From: Acidihalobacter ferrooxydans
GTDB taxonomy: Bacteria; Pseudomonadota; Gammaproteobacteria; DSM-5130; Acidihalobacteraceae
Reading direction: 5' to 3'
NCBI RefSeq assembly: GCF_001975725.1
Contig: NZ_CP019434.1
Coordinates: 2,701,919 to 2,710,574 of the forward strand
Length of the DNA stretch: 8,656 nt
Positions 8,515 through 8,656 of this stretch are shown here, piece by piece. The notes beneath the pieces are model-generated. The model was not told the DNA's origin, searched no databases, and saw only the letters and a list, made by a program, of their open reading frames with translations. Position 1 is the stretch's first letter. Each line of letters starts with the position of its first letter. The position numbers and the translations under genes were made by a program.

Positions 8515-8656
8515 GTTGCCGGTAGTAGTGTGCCTCAGCTTCTGCGGGCGGGATATAGCCCAGGGGTTCCATCAGGCGTTGGTTGTTGAACCAGGACACC
8601 CATTCCAAGGTGGCCCACTCGACGGCATCGGCGGATTTCCAGGGGCCACGCCGATG
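8447..8656 (-). mobile_element. IS3-family insertion sequence, one terminus plus the 3' end of orfB; continues beyond the window
   Basis: The terminus begins TGAACCGCCCCGGGAAACGCGG at 8447; a TG start is typical of IS3-family inverted repeats. It coincides exactly with the switch from AT-rich to GC-rich sequence. The transposase stop lies 39 bp inside the terminus, which is the usual IS3 geometry. Confidence 0.75.
8486..8656 (-). CDS. IS3-family transposase (OrfB / DDE integrase), C-terminal 56 codons; the 5' part lies beyond the window
   Basis: Hand translation of the minus strand from 8656 gives HRRGPWKSADAVEWATLEWVSWFNNQRLMEPLGYIPPAEAEAHYYRQLRQPASVAA, then a stop (TAA, reverse complement of 8486-8488). 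The block EWVxWFNNxRLxxxLGYxPPAEAE is the characteristic C-terminus of IS3-family OrfB proteins. Confidence 0.85.
   Translation of the reverse strand, partial: HRRGPWKSADAVEWATLEWVSWFNNQRLMEPLGYIPPAEAEAHYYRQLRQPASVAA

Overview
GC-rich chromosomal segment of beta/gamma-proteobacterial type; most of it is housekeeping. On the minus strand there is a GGCT/AIG2-like gene that is open to the left window edge and was found by hand because it is absent from the ORF track. Also on the minus strand is a cobalamin salvage operon: cobalamin riboswitch -> btuB (TonB-dependent B12 receptor) -> PduO-type ATP:cob(I)alamin adenosyltransferase. Divergent from it on the plus strand is a class Ia ribonucleotide reductase operon, nrdA-nrdB. 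Its upstream region carries a near-consensus sigma70 promoter, two NrdR-box-like palindromes and a perfect DnaA box. The housekeeping context breaks down at the right end. Codon usage changes abruptly in the last 25 codons of nrdB. The stop codon is followed directly by a ~300 bp segment of ~43% GC, against ~65-73% in the flanks. That segment carries an orphan ORF for a two-TM protein, and the ORF is cut at 8446/8447 by the terminus of an IS3-family element whose transposase 3' end runs off the window. I do not see a complete novel multi-gene system inside the window. The most interesting signal is this right-hand junction, which looks like the left edge of an accessory or integrated region continuing beyond 8656. 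All calls come from reading the sequence and from motif knowledge; no database search was possible.
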